Assembly (NCBI GenBank): GCA_963750165.1
Contig: CAVVPN010000011.1
Location: forward strand, 1,888,001 to 1,952,000
Source of the DNA: an uncultured Gemmataceae bacterium
GTDB lineage: Bacteria; Planctomycetota; Planctomycetia; Gemmatales; Gemmataceae
Length of the DNA: 64,000 nt
Reading direction: 5' to 3'
The notes under the pieces were generated by a model, which saw only the letters and a list, made by a program, of their open reading frames with translations, did not search any database and had not been told where the DNA came from. Positions 50,024 through 62,500 of the stretch are shown here, piece after piece (position 1 is the first letter of the stretch; each line of letters opens with the position of its first letter). The translations under genes and the position numbers were made by a program.

Positions 50024-53000
50024 TTAGTCGCCGTCTTCCCAACCACCCGGCAGGCCGGTCGTCTTCGGCTCAGGGAAGCGCTGGCGGAAGTCCTCGAACC
50101 CCGCCGCGCAGCAGCGGGCCGAGATCCGGGTCGCGGTAACAATCCTCGACCAGATACCGCCGGTTCCGCTCCCCTTCCAGCACCGCCGCCACCTTTTTGG
50201 CGTCCCCGTGCGCCGCGTGGGCCAGGATCAGCAGCAGGCGATTCCCGAACCGGGCCTGGACGATCTTCTCCGCCGCGTCCACCGCCTCCCCCGTGCGCTT
50301 CAGCTTCACCAGGCAGCGCACCAGGTAGTTGTTGTGCTTGTACTGGTGTTGCGGCAGCGCGAACAGGCCGGCGCGGTGCTCCGTCAGCAGCCGCAGCGCC
50401 CCGTCGTAATCCGCGGACAACCACAGCACCTCCAGGTCCCAGCCGATCAGGTCCGCCTCGTCCGCGGCGTCCCCGCGCCGGGCGGCGAGCAACTGCTTCA
50501 ACTGGCCGGCGTTTTTGTCCTGCTGACACAGGAACGCCAGGTCCGCGAACGCCCGCCGGTCGGCGCCCAGTTCCTTGTAAGCGGCCGCCGCCTGGCCCGC
50601 CCGGACGCGCGCCCGCAGCAGACCATTGCGGAAGGCCCAGTTCGCCTGGGGCGGCGCCGCCGCCTGAGCCGCCTTGAAGGCCGTGATCGCCTGCTGTGCT
50701 TCGCCCTGCAACAGCCGCAGCTCGCCGGTGTAGAAGTGGTACCAGGCCGTCCCGGCGTACGCCTTGCCGTGCTCGCCCAGCAGTGCCTGCAACTTCTTGG
50801 CCTTCTTCGCGAACACCAGGTCCCGGGCCAACGTCTCAAAGGCGTATGCCCTGTCCGGTGCCGCCCGGTAGCCCTCCAGGCCGCGCCCCAGCAACGCCAT
50901 CTCCCGCACCAGCGTCGCGACGCAATCCTGTTTCCGATAGTTCTGCGTTTGTTTCTGATACGCCTCCTGCAACAGATGCACCGCGGCGTCAGGCAGCTTC
51001 AGGAAGAATTTCGCCCGCGCCGCCTGGAACAGCAGGTCAGGGTCGCCGGCCGCTGCATGGGGCCGATGGGCTGCGATCAGCGCCTCCAGCTGCGCCCCCT
51101 GCCGCTCCATCGCCAGCTGATTCGCCACCTGGGTAAACGTCTGGTGCCGCGGCTCAACCTTCTGGTACGCCTCCAGCGGCCGCCCCGCCCGGGTCAGGGC
51201 GTAGACATAGGAACCGCCCATGCGCTGCCGCAAATCCTGCGGGGCCTTTTTCCAGGCCGCCGCATAGGCATCAACCGCCGCCTGCCACTTCTCCATGTCC
51301 TGAAGCTGCCACCCCGTGTAGAAGGCGAGCCAGGGGTCGTCCGTGTGTTTGGCGCGGTGGGCGGCGAGCAGCGGCGGCAGGTCGTCGCGCCGGGGGCCGC
51401 CCTGCAGGTCGTCGGCCAGGATGCGGAACGCCTCGTGCGCGTCCGGCGCCGCCCGGTAAGCCTCCAGGGCCTTGCCCTGATCCACCATCTCCATCAGGAA
51501 CAGGTTCAGCACGTCGCGGCGCCGCCCGCCGTTCTCCTTCGCCAGCAGTGCCCGGAACAGATCGGCGCCTGCGTCCACGTCCCCGCGGCGGATCAGCAAA
51601 CGGCAGCGGTAGTGCTCTGCCAGCAGGTCGTCGGGCTGCGCGCGGCGTGCACGTCCAGCAGCAGCTGCAGCTGGCCAAAGTTCTCCGTTTGCAGGCACAG
51701 GTCGGCCAGCTGGCGGAAGGTTTCTGCGCGGGGGCCGATGCCGGCGTAGGCGTCGAGGAGGTGGCCGGCGTAAAAGCGGGCGCTGACCCGGCTGAAGCGG
51801 AAGGTGTCGAGCACGTCCGGCGCCGGCGGCTTGACCAGGGCGGCCTGGAAGGCTTTGTCCGCGAGCCGGTGCTTGCCCTGTTGCGAAAGCACTTCGGCCT
51901 TGTACAGCGGCAGCAGCGGGTCATTGGGGTGCTTTTTCGCATGGGCGTCCAGCAGTCGCCACAGCTCGGGTGCGCGGAACGACCGCTTTAGCCCGGCCGC
52001 CAGCAGCCGGAACGCCACCACGGGGTCGGGGGCCAGCTGGTAGGCTTCCACGCCGGCCCCGGCCTGGGCGGCGGCCTGGAAGAACTCGGTGGCCCAGCGG
52101 CCGCGCCGACCGGCGTCTTTTTCCAGGGCCAGGGCCGTGCGGAAGCTCTGCACCGCGTCGCCCGGCTGGTTCGCCCAGGCCCGGACCATCGCCAGATGGT
52201 AATGGGCCGGGGCGTACTTCGGGTCGAGCGTCCGCATGGCCAGGGCCAACTGCTCCAGCGTCGGGTTGTCCTTGGCCTGCACACAATCGTCGGCGCAAAC
52301 GTCGAAGTTGGCGCGGGGGTTGTCCAGCTTGCGGAAGCGCAGCCCGATGTCAGCGCGGCTATCGTTCGGGCCCAACATGCGGATGTAGGATAGAAACACC
52401 ACGCCGTCCTTCGGGAAGTAGTCCAGCGACTTGCGGAAGGCGACGCGGGCTTCCGCAACTCGGCCGAGCCCGCTCAGGGCGTTGCCGCGCTCGCGGCACA
52501 CGTCGGCGTCGTCGCCCAGCAGGGCCTGGTAGTCGTCCAGGCTGGTCAGGGCCCGGTCCCACTGGGCCAGGTTGTTGAAGGCCACAGCCCGGAGCAAATC
52601 GACGACCGGCATGTCGGGGTTGATGGCCCGGGCGCGATTCAGCGCGTCCAGGGCCGCCTGCGAGCGGTTGCGGTGCAGGTGAACCAGGGCGGCCAGGTAG
52701 TGACGGGTGGCCTCCAGCTTGCCGGGCAGGGCGACGCCCTCGGTTTCCTTGAGGGCCTGCTCGGCGGCGGCCACGTTCTGTTGCTTGAGGAACGCGACCT
52801 GCGCCTGGCCGAGCTTGTTCAGGGCCAGGACCGGCCGGGCGTTGCCCTCCAGGGCCGGGATCAGGATCGTGGCGATGTTCGCTGAGTAGCGCGGGCCCAT
52901 GTCCAGGTCTTCCAGATCGTACACCTGCCAGCCGGCCGGCTGGCGGACCAGCCACCAGCGCATTTTCAAGGTGCCCCCTTCCCGGTTGCTGTGGCGGGTG

Positions 53001-53765
53001 ATGACCACCAACTCGCCCTGTTTCAGCCGCCGGACGTGGCGGATTTCCGTGTTGTCCCAGACCAGCAGGTTGTCCGGGCCGGCTATCTTCTTGCCGAGGG
53101 CCACGCGCAATTTCCGTGCAAAGTCCGCGCGCTGCCTGGTGACGTTCTCCGGCAAGACGATTTGCGCGGCCAGTTCGTCGAACAGACGCTCGGTGTCCCA
53201 GCAGGCGGTGACGCCCGCCGCGTCCTGCTTGTGGATGGCCGCGCTCAGGACGTTGAAGAAACGCAGCAGTTCGCCGTCCAGCTTTTTCCGCTCGGCCGCC
53301 GGGAGTTCGTCCCGCGGTGGCAGGCTGCTTTTTTGGCCCCTCATTCTGAAGCTCGAACGCCTGGACGACATCCGCGCGCTCCTCTTTCTGCACGGCGACA
53401 TCGACCGGCCGCGGGGGTGGAAGGGTGTGGATCGGGCTGCTGAGCGCGACCAAGACCAGTGCGCCGACACCCAGTAACACCACCGCGATGACCACCACCA
53501 GGGACGCGCCGAGCGACAGGCCAGACGGTTGGCGGCGCCGGCCGGCCGGGAGCCGCCGCGGGGCGGGGGGGTCATCCAGGCCGTAATCGTCGTCCCGGTC
53601 GTGGCGAACCGGCGCCGGCCGTACCACCGGCAGCGCGGCGGCCATGCCCACGGGCGCCGCGCGGAAGGAGTGCCGGCACGCGGGGCACGTGACTTCCTGA
53701 CCGCGGAACTTTTCGGGCAAGTTCAAGCGGCGCTGGCAACGAGGGCAGTTGATGGTGTCAAGCAT
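50024..53765 (-). CDS. Zinc-ribbon + TM + TPR-repeat protein (apparent frameshifts near 53310, 51640 and 50100)
   Basis: CPRC..CPAC N-terminus and TM segment (ORF 52359-53765), TPR arrays in ORFs 51593-53575 and 50070-51698; corrected tail FEDFRQRFPEP..GD* ends at 50024. Confidence 0.75.
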
Positions 53766-53801
53766 GAGGCACCAGAAGGTTTGCGGTCCAGGGGATGCCC
53801 C

Positions 53802-53879
53802 GGCGAGCGGCGCGGCGTCAGCCCGCCGGTCCTGCGTCAGTTGGTTTCGAACCGGCGGGCTAACGCCGCGCCGCTCGCC
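53802..53879. repeat. REP-like palindrome, GGCGAGCGGCGCGGCG family, copy 2
   Basis: Same arms as 8681-8748. Confidence 0.85.
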
Positions 53880-54046
53880 GGGGCATTAGATACGCTGGGA
53901 TCAGTATTGGGATACTTTAACGGCCCACCGCTCGATTCGCAAGCAGCCAGTCAACAGATTCAGAACTTCCCGGCGCGGCCAATCCGTCTTGCCGCCGCCT
54001 GGGCGATTGCCGACAATGCCGCCCGACCGCCCCGGCAAAGGAGGCC

Positions 54047-55264
54047 GTGATGTCCTGGCGATCCGCCCTGTCCGCGCTGCCGTGGTTGCGCCGCTTCCTG
54101 GTCGGCGGCGTCTTCCTGTACGGCGCTGTCGTCCTGCTGTGGGGCGGCCGGCGTTCGGCCCTGGCGGCACTGCTCGCGCTGCTGGCGGCGTGGGCGGCGG
54201 TGTTGGCGCTGGGCTGGCGGCGGTCGCTGCAACGGCCCGGACGCAAGCCGGCCTGGCCGCTCCTGGAAGTCATCGTCAGCAACGTCGCCCTGACGCTGCT
54301 GCTGGCGGAGGTCGGCCTGCGTCTGCTGGCGACGACCGCGCCCGGGGCACTGCTGGTCAGCACCACCCTCGACGCGCACCGGCTGCGGCCCGGCCACGAC
54401 TACGGCGCCGGCCTCTGCGGCAACCGCCTCGGCTACCCCGGCCCTGACCGTGCGCGCGACCGGCCGCCGGGCGTCTTCCGCATCGCGGCGCTGGGTGACT
54501 CCTTCGCGGTCGGCCCGGTGGTGCCCTTCGCGGACAATTACTTGACGCTGCTGGAAAGCCGGCTGTCCGGCGTGGAGGTGGTGAACCTCGGCGTCTCCGG
54601 CGCGGGGCCGCGCGAGTACCGGGCCGTGCTGCAGCGCGACGGTTGGGCGCACCAGCCTGACGCGGTGCTGCTGTCGGTCTTCGTCGGCAACGACATCACC
54701 GAGGAACTGCCGACACCACGCCGCCTTGATCCGCGGGGGCACGCCCTGATACTACTGTGCCAGCGCGGCGTCCGGCTGTGGCAGGAACGGCCGCCCCCGG
54801 CCGCCGGGCCGACGGATCGGCTGCGGCCCGCCTTGCTGCCGGCGACCTTTCGGGCCATTGAGGCTCGCCGTCTGGCCATCTGCGTGCGGCCGCCGACTCC
54901 CGCCGTCGAGAAACAGTGGCAGCGTGCCCTCGGCCACCTCGACGCTTTGGTCCGCGACGTGCGCCGTCGCAACGTGCCGCTCGCCGTGGTGCTCATCCCG
55001 GACGAATTTCAGGTCAACCCGGCCGTGCTGTCCCAGGCGCTGGCGGACGCGGCGGTCGAACCCACGGCGGTGGACGTGCAGTTCCCACAGCGGCGGCTGA
55101 TGGCGTTCTTCGCCGAACGCGGTGTGCCCTGCCTTGACCTGCTGCCGCACTTCGCCGGCGTCCCGGGCACCTACATGCCGCACGACACGCACTGGAACGT
55201 CGCCGGCAATCGGCTGGCGGCGGCGCAGGTGGCGGACTGGCTGCCGCGGATGTTACTGCGCTGA
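54047..55264 (+). CDS. Membrane-anchored SGNH/GDSL hydrolase (AlgX/AlgJ-like)
   Basis: RIAALGDSFAVG, VNLGVSGAG, FVGNDI, DTHWNVAGN. Confidence 0.88.
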   Translation: MMSWRSALSALPWLRRFLVGGVFLYGAVVLLWGGRRSALAALLALLAAWAAVLALGWRRSLQRPGRKPAWPLLEVIVSNVALTLLLAEVGLRLLATTAPGALLVSTTLDAHRLRPGHDYGAGLCGNRLGYPGPDRARDRPPGVFRIAALGDSFAVGPVVPFADNYLTLLESRLSGVEVVNLGVSGAGPREYRAVLQRDGWAHQPDAVLLSVFVGNDITEELPTPRRLDPRGHALILLCQRGVRLWQERPPPAAGPTDRLRPALLPATFRAIEARRLAICVRPPTPAVEKQWQRALGHLDALVRDVRRRNVPLAVVLIPDEFQVNPAVLSQALADAAVEPTAVDVQFPQRRLMAFFAERGVPCLDLLPHFAGVPGTYMPHDTHWNVAGNRLAAAQVADWLPRMLLR

Positions 55265-55273
55265 AGGAGGTCG

Positions 55274-55360
55274 GGGCGAGCGGCGCGGCGTTAGCCCGCC
55301 GGTGCTGCGAACTTCCTGGCACTGCGCAGCACCGGCGGGCTGACGCCGCGCCGCTCGCCC
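55274..55360. repeat. REP-like palindrome, GGCGAGCGGCGCGGCG family, copy 3
   Basis: Same arms as 8681-8748. Confidence 0.85.
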
Positions 55361-55389
55361 GCCGTACGCGCACCTTCCCAACTTTCTGA

Positions 55390-55419
55390 TTGCACTCCCC
55401 CTTGCCGGCGCGCTACTAT
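55390..55419 (+). promoter_or_regulatory. Possible sigma70-type promoter
   Basis: TTGCAC-N18-TACTAT, 38 bp upstream of the ATG at 55458. Confidence 0.3.
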
Positions 55420-55457
55420 CGGGCGATCCCGTTCCCGCACCGCGCAAGGAGCAACCC

Positions 55458-58456
55458 ATGAAACGGCGTCTGTTGCTGCTCTTCGTCGTTGTCGCCATCA
55501 TGGTCGCCGTGGCCGCCCTGGCCCTGCAACCGCGTCTCGGTCTGCTGGTCATCGACTGGGCCAACAAGGCCCCGAAGGCGACGCCGCCTGTCGCCGTGCT
55601 CATCGAGTTTGGTGGCAAGGACACCAACCCCGTCGATTACTCCGGCACCGCCACCGTCACCGGCGCGAAGATTATCCACCGCGAAGGCTACCGCTTCCGC
55701 AAGGAAGACAAGCTCGTCGAGCCGAACGGCTGGGTCGCCGGCTCGCACCGCGGCCTGCGCGTGCCGCCGAAGATGCCGGCCATCTCGAAGATGGAGGCCA
55801 TCGCCACCGCCGGTGTCGTGCTGCACCTGGCTGACGTGGCCGACAACGCCGTGCTGACTATCACGCCGAAGGACGGCAAGCCGGCGCAGCAGGTGCCGCT
55901 CAAGGCGGTGCTGTCCGGCCAGCCGTCCCCGATCTTCGACGGCCTCGGTGTGGTGCGGCTGGTGAGCACGGCCACGCCGGTCGCCGTCGGCAAGACGGAG
56001 GACGACTTCCCCGCCGCCTGCTACGGCCCCGACGGCACGCTCTGGGTGGCGTACATCAGCTACACCAACCGCGTCGAGTCCCGCCGCATCGAACAGAAGT
56101 CGTACCTGAAACAGCCCGAGAATTTCAAGGATTTGTACATCCCGGGGGCCGCGGACCAGCTGTTCGTCAAAGCGTACCGCGGCGGCAAGTGGTCCGAGCC
56201 GCTGGCCATCACCGGGGCGAAGGAGGACCTGGCCCGCTGCGCCATCGCGGCGGAGGGCAACGGCACCGTCTGGGTCGTCTACAGTGCGAAGCGCAAGGGG
56301 CCGCATCAGCTCTACGGCCGGCCGATCAGCACGAAGGCCGCCCAGGGGGCGGGGCTGCCCGAGGCCAAGCTCGGCAAGGAAGAGCGGCTCCACGAACGCG
56401 ACAACCCGGTGTTCGCGCCGGTGATGTGTACTGACCAGGCGGGCACCGTCTGGCTCACGGCGCAGGGCCAAAACGTGCCGCTGATGAACTGCCGCAACGG
56501 CGTCTGGCACGAGCGCGTCAACAAGCAGGACGCGGACTTCCACACCCTCGTCTGGTATCCGGCCCTGGCGGCCGGCCCCGGCAACGTGATCGCGGACGCC
56601 CACGACGGCTACGGCGACGGTAGCTATGACATCGGCCTGACACTGTGGGACGCCCGCGAGAACGGCATGAATATCAAGGGCCACGGGATCGCCAGCACGT
56701 CGCGCTTCGAGACCCGGCCGTCGATGGCCTACGACCCCAAGGGCCGGCTGTGGATCGCCTACGAAGACGGCCCGCCGATGTGGGGCAAGGACTACGGCAG
56801 CCTCGACCCGAAAAAGGAAGGGAACCCCCTGTACACGCAGCGCTCCGTGCGCGTCGTCTGCATCGACACCGACGGCAAGTTGAAGAAGCCGGCCGCCGAG
56901 CTGCCGACCTCGGTCGCCAAGGGGCCGAAGATGGCCGGCGACGCTCAGGTGACGAACAGCTTCGAGCGCTCCGCCAAGTACGCCTATCCGAAGATCGGCA
57001 TTGACGGCAAGGGCCGCGTCTGGCTGACGTATCGCCGCAACTTCGGCTCGCGCTACAGCACGCACGCCGGCTCGTTCTGGGTCACCTTCGCCCGCCGCCT
57101 CGACGGCGACAAGTGGAGCGAGCCGATTGAGGTGCATCACTCCGACGGCCTGCTCGACCACCGCCCCGTGCTGCTGCCGCACAACAGCGGTGGCCTGCTC
57201 ATCGTCCACAACACCGACGGCCGCTACAACAAGCCGGAAACCATCGATAACCAGGTGTACATGAGCACGATCAACCTGCCCGGCGAGCCGGTCGAGCCGA
57301 AGCTGGTGGCGCATGACGCTGGCAAGCCCGACCCGGCCGTCGTGCAGAAGGCGAAGGACGAGGCCGCGGCGGTCAAGCGCATGCGCGGCTACCGCGTCAA
57401 GGCGGGCGGCAAGACGTACCAGCTGCTGCGCGGCGAGTACCACCGGCACACGGAGATTTCCTGGGACGGCGGCGCCGACGGTTCGCTGGAGGACATGTGG
57501 CGTTACGCCATCGACGCGGCGGCGCTGGACTGGATCGGCAACGGCGACCACGATAACGGCGCCGGCCGCGAGTATTCGTGGTGGCTGACGCAGAAGTTCA
57601 CCGACGCCTACCATGTCGCCAACACGTTCACGCCGCTGTTCACCTACGAGCGCAGCGTCGCGTATCCGCACGGCCATCGCAACGTCATGTTCGCCCAGCG
57701 CGGCGTGCTGACGCTGCCGCGCCTGAAGGGCGAGAAGGACAAGACGGTCGCGGGCATCCACGCCGATGACACGAAGATGCTGTACCGCTACCTGCACGAG
57801 CACGGCGGCATCTGCGCCGTCCACACCAGCGCCACGAGCATGGGCACCGACTGGCGCGACAACGACCCGAAGGTGGAGCCGATCGTCGAGATTTACCAGG
57901 GTGACCGCATGTCCTACGAGAAGGAGGGGCGCCGCGGGCCGGCTATGAAAAGGACTCCGGCAAGCTGCCGATCAACATCGCCGGCTGGTATCCCAAAGGC
58001 TACGTCGATCTCGCCTTGAAGGACAAGGGCTACCGTCTCGGCTTCCAGGCATCGAGCGATCACTGGTCCACACACATCTCGTTTTTCGTGGCCATCGCAG
58101 AACGGCACGACCGCGCCGCCATCCTCGACGCCACGCGCAAGCGGCACTGCTACGGCGCCACCGACAACATCGTCCTGGACGTGCGCAGCGGTGACCACCT
58201 CATGGGCGACGAGTTCACCACCAACCAGACACCCAAATTGACGCTCACCGTCATCGGCACTGGCAAGCTGGCCAAGGTGGAGATCCTGCGCGACAGCGAG
58301 GTGGTCGCGACGTTCAAGCCGAAGGGGGCGGAGCACCGCAGCGACTGGACCGAGCCGCTGCCGCAACAGGGCACGCACTATTACTACGTCCGTGTGCTGC
58401 AGGCCAACGGCGAGATCGCCTGGGGCTCACCGATGTGGATCACCGTCAAGAAGTGA
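55458..58456 (+). CDS. Secreted beta-propeller + PHP-like metallohydrolase (DUF3604-like); apparent frameshift near 57935
   Basis: GEYHRHTEISWDG, GDHD, YE..GHRNV, VH, VEIYQG; the C-terminus GYRLGFQASSDH..YYYVRVLQANGEIAWGSPMW is in ORF 58016-58456. Confidence 0.8.
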
Positions 58457-58469
58457 CCTTTCCTGGCTT

Positions 58470-58516
58470 CGATTTATCGTTTCGCGCCGGGAGGTATGGC
58501 GCGAAACGATAAATCG
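58470..58516. terminator. 19-bp inverted repeat downstream of the gene (same arms as 29652-29703)
   Basis: CGATTTATCGTTTCGCGCC pairs with GGCGCGAAACGATAAATCG. Confidence 0.65.
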
Positions 58517-58662
58517 GGCCGCGGGCGTGTAACCGCGTTCAGGCTGCCCAGGTTACCGCGGTGGGCGGTCAAGTCTTTCCCCAGCTTACCCGATTGAGTA
58601 GAGGTGCCGGCGCGGAGGCAGCCTTCGCGGCCGGCGTTTCCACGGACGGATGTGAGGGACGG

Positions 58663-59169
58663 ATGAGCGCCACGACCACAACACCATTGCACCTGGGGTT
58701 TTTAACGATTCTGCAGGAGAACCAAAGTTACGTGGGCGGCTACCTGGTGACGAACCAGTGGGGCCGGCCACTGGAGTTTCGCCTGAGCACGGCGGTGCAG
58801 CCCAACCGCGTGCAGCAAATCCTGTACGCCGACACGCTGGTGCCGTACATCTGCGGCGACCTGATCGGCAAGACCCTCGTCGAGAAGACCGGCGTGCCGG
58901 TGCAGGCGGTGTTCACCGACACCGAGGCGGCCCTGGCTCTGCGGCTGAAACTGGAGGCGCCGGTAGCGTACCTGCCGCGAGCGGAGCAACCGGTGCCGGC
59001 GGACCCGCGTGAGCGGCTGCGGACGCACACGGCGTTCCCCGATGACGGGGCGCTGCTACGGGAGACGCTGGAGAAGTTGCACCGCGCGTTCGACCTGACC
59101 GAGCCGTTCCAGCGCATCCGCGAGGCGATGGGCGAAGCGAAGAAACTGGGCGTGACCAGCCGAAATTGA
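58663..59169 (+). CDS. Conserved-looking hypothetical protein
   Basis: LGFLT..GGYLVTNQWGRPLEF..PNRVQQILY..DLTEPFQRIREA; GAGGGA RBS. Confidence 0.8.
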   Translation: MSATTTTPLHLGFLTILQENQSYVGGYLVTNQWGRPLEFRLSTAVQPNRVQQILYADTLVPYICGDLIGKTLVEKTGVPVQAVFTDTEAALALRLKLEAPVAYLPRAEQPVPADPRERLRTHTAFPDDGALLRETLEKLHRAFDLTEPFQRIREAMGEAKKLGVTSRN

Positions 59170-59516
59170 TGATGCCACCGCTTGCGGCGTTAGCGCTTTC
59201 CGCCGCTTGTTGGCCTCGGCGTTTCTGATCCCCAAACCAGGGAAGCGATAGGGGAGCCGCCGAACCCCTTTAACGCGCTGCGTGCGCCAAGCCGCCAGCG
59301 GCAAAACCATCCGAACCACATCTCGCCGACAGGCGTACAGAGGCCAGTGCCCGCCGGAAAAACAACTCGACTTTTGCGGCCCAGTCACTAAAACCAGTTT
59401 TTAGGGAGCGTCTGAAACTTCATGCACCACGAGCCCGTCGGCGGCCCGTCCCGTCTCGGGGCGGCGCCGCCGCCCGGCCTGCGTTCCCGGAAGCTGCTTA
59501 TCCTGGAGGTAGTCCC

Positions 59517-62500
59517 TTGGCGCTGATCCTCTTCGCGGTCACGCTCTTCGTGAGCGCATTTCTCTTGTTTTTGGTGCAGCCGATGGTCGGCAAGATGATC
59601 CTGCCGAAGCTCGGCGGCACACCCCAGGTCTGGAACACCTGCATGGTCTTCTTCCAGACCGCGCTGCTGGTGGGCTACGGCTACACGCACACGGTCAGCA
59701 CCTTCCTCAAGGTCCGCTACCAGGTGATCCTGCACTGCCTGGTACTGTTCGTGCCGTTCCTGTTCCTGCTGCCAAACCTGCCGTTCAACGTCACCGGCTG
59801 GGTGCCGCCGCCCGGCTCCAACCCCATCCCGGCGACGCTGCTGCTGCTCAGCCTGGTGGTCGGCGTGCCGTTCATGGTCGTGGCCACCAGCGCCCCGCTG
59901 TTGCAGAAGTGGTTCGGCAGCACCGGCCACCCCGCCGCCAAGGATCCCTACTTCCTCTACGGCGCCAGCAACCTCGGCAGCATGCTCGCCCTGATCGCCT
60001 ACCCGGCCCTGGTCGAGCCCTACTTCCACCTCAATGCCAGCGCGGCGTTCGACATCTCCCGCCAGCCGTGGCTGTGGACCGCTGGTTACGCCGTGCTGGT
60101 CGCGCTGATCCTGTGCTGCGCCGCGATGGTGCTGAACGCGCCCCCCACGGTGCAGCTCAAAGGCGCTGCTGCCGGCCCGCGCAGCCTCAGCGACACCGCC
60201 GGCGCTGCGGCCTCGGCCCCGGCGACCACGCCCGAGACGGCCGCCGCGCCGCCGGCGCCCGCCGTCACGGATGTGCCGCCCGTGGGCGACGACCCGGCAG
60301 CGATCCCGCCGCCGGACACCGCGGCGGCCCCGGCCCCGGCTCCCGTCCCCGCCCCGGTGGGGGCGTCCACCGGTGTGGCCGCCGGCGCCCCGCCCAAGCC
60401 CACCAGCCCCGCCACGTCCTTCAAGAAGGGCAGCAAGCAGGGCAAGAAGGGCAAACACAAGCACCAGCACCAACATCAGCAGCAGGCGCAGCCCCAGCAG
60501 CAGGCGCAGCAGTCGGCCGCCAGGAGCACGGCAGTCTCGACGACGCCGTTGCCGCCAGCGCCCAGCGCTCCTGCTCCGGCGGCCCCGACGACCACGACCC
60601 CCACCACGGCCCCGGCGACGCCGCACGACCCCGACGCGATCACGCCTGGCCGCCGCGTCCGCTGGGTGCTGCTGGCCGCGGTGCCGACGAGCCTGATGCT
60701 CGGCGTCACCAGTTACATGTCCACGGACATCTCGGCCATTCCGCTGTTCTGGGTACTGCCGCTGTCGCTATACCTGCTGTCGTTCATCTTCGTGTTCATG
60801 CGCTCGCCGATCAACTGGATCGACCAGGCGCACACGCCGATGCTGTACATCCAGCCGGTGCTGCTGGGCCTGCTGGTGCTGGTGCTGGCGGTCGGCGCCA
60901 ACCAGTTCTTCGGCGGCATCATCAGCATCATCGTCATCAACCTGCTGGCGTTCTTCGCCACCGCCCTGGTCTGCCACGGTGAACTCGCCAAGGACCGGCC
61001 CTCGACCCGGCACCTGACCGAGTTCTATCTGTGGATGTCGGTCGGCGGCATGCTCGGCGGCATGTTCAACGGCCTGGTGGCGCCGGTGCTGTTCCCGAGC
61101 GTCTGGGAGTTCAGCATTGCCATCGTGGTGGCCTGCCTGGTGCGGCCGCGCATGGTGGAACAGGGCTGGACCGAGCAGTTGTTGCAGTACCTGGGCCAGC
61201 CGGTTGATAACGTCCCCCGGAAGCCACACGCCAAGCACCACCACCACGGGGCCCGCAAGCTCACCCAGGTTGCGGAGCCCTCGTCGAACATGAGTTACAC
61301 CCTGGACGTGGTGCTGCCGGCGGCCGTCATGGGCCTGGTGGCGCTGCTGATCTTTGGCATCTTTCAGCAGGCGCGGGGCAACGCCACCGCCCTGTCGATC
61401 CTGTTCGGCATCGGTCTGGTGATGGGCTGCCTGATGTTCGGCCGGCAGCTGCGCTTCGGCCTGGCCGTCGGCGCGATCCTGCTGCTGGCGGCGTTCAACC
61501 GCGGCGGTGGTGGCGCCCTGCTACAGGAACGCAGCTATTTCGGCGTCATCAGCGTGGTCAACGGCACCGAGCCGGTGGTCGAGGGCGACAAGGAGATTGG
61601 GCTGCGCTACGTCCACCTGATGCACGGCACGACGGACCACGGCATGAATTTCTACAAGCCGGAGAAGAAGGACGAACCCGACTACAGCCGCCTGGCCACA
61701 ACCTACTACCACCGCCTCGGCCCGGTCGGCATCGGCATGGAGAAGTTTAACTGGTTCGGCGGCCACATGCCGGGCCAGATTCCGGACTACGACAAGACGT
61801 TCAACACCTTCTGGGCGGACGCGCGCATGCCGGCGTCACTGGTGGGCGGCCTGGGCTGCGACCTGATGGGCGGCATGGCTCCCGGGCTGCTGCCGCTGAC
61901 GCCGGTGGTGGACACCTGGTCGGAGCCGGCCTACGCCACCATCGGTCTGGGCACCGGCACCATGGCCTCCTACGCCCGGCCCTACCAGACCGTCCACTTC
62001 TACGAGATCGACGACCGCATCAAGCGGCTGTCGCTGCCGGTGCGGCCCGGCGACCGGACTTACTTCACCTACCTGGAGGAGGCCCGCAAGCGCGGCGCCA
62101 ACGTCAATGTGCTCATGGGCGACGCCCGGTTGCGCATGGCCGAGCCCTGGAACTACAAGGATTCCAGCGATCCGGCCAAGGCGAACGCGGACATTAACCA
62201 GTGGTGGCAGGACTCCGGCCTGGACCGGCTCAACCCGAAGTCGGACGAGTACAAGGACAAGTTCGCCGAGTTCTTCGACAGGCTGCACGAGCTGCGCGGC
62301 GGCCCGGAGAGCTTCTACCACCTGATCGTCGTGGACGCCTTCAGCTCGGACGCCATCCCCGTGCATCTGATCACCATGGAAGCCATCGAGATGTACATGT
62401 CGCGGCTGGTGCCCGAGGGGGTGCTGTGCGTGCACACGTCGAACCGGCACGTGGAGCTGGTGCCGGTGGTCGCCAAGGTGGCCAACGCGATCGAGCTGCC

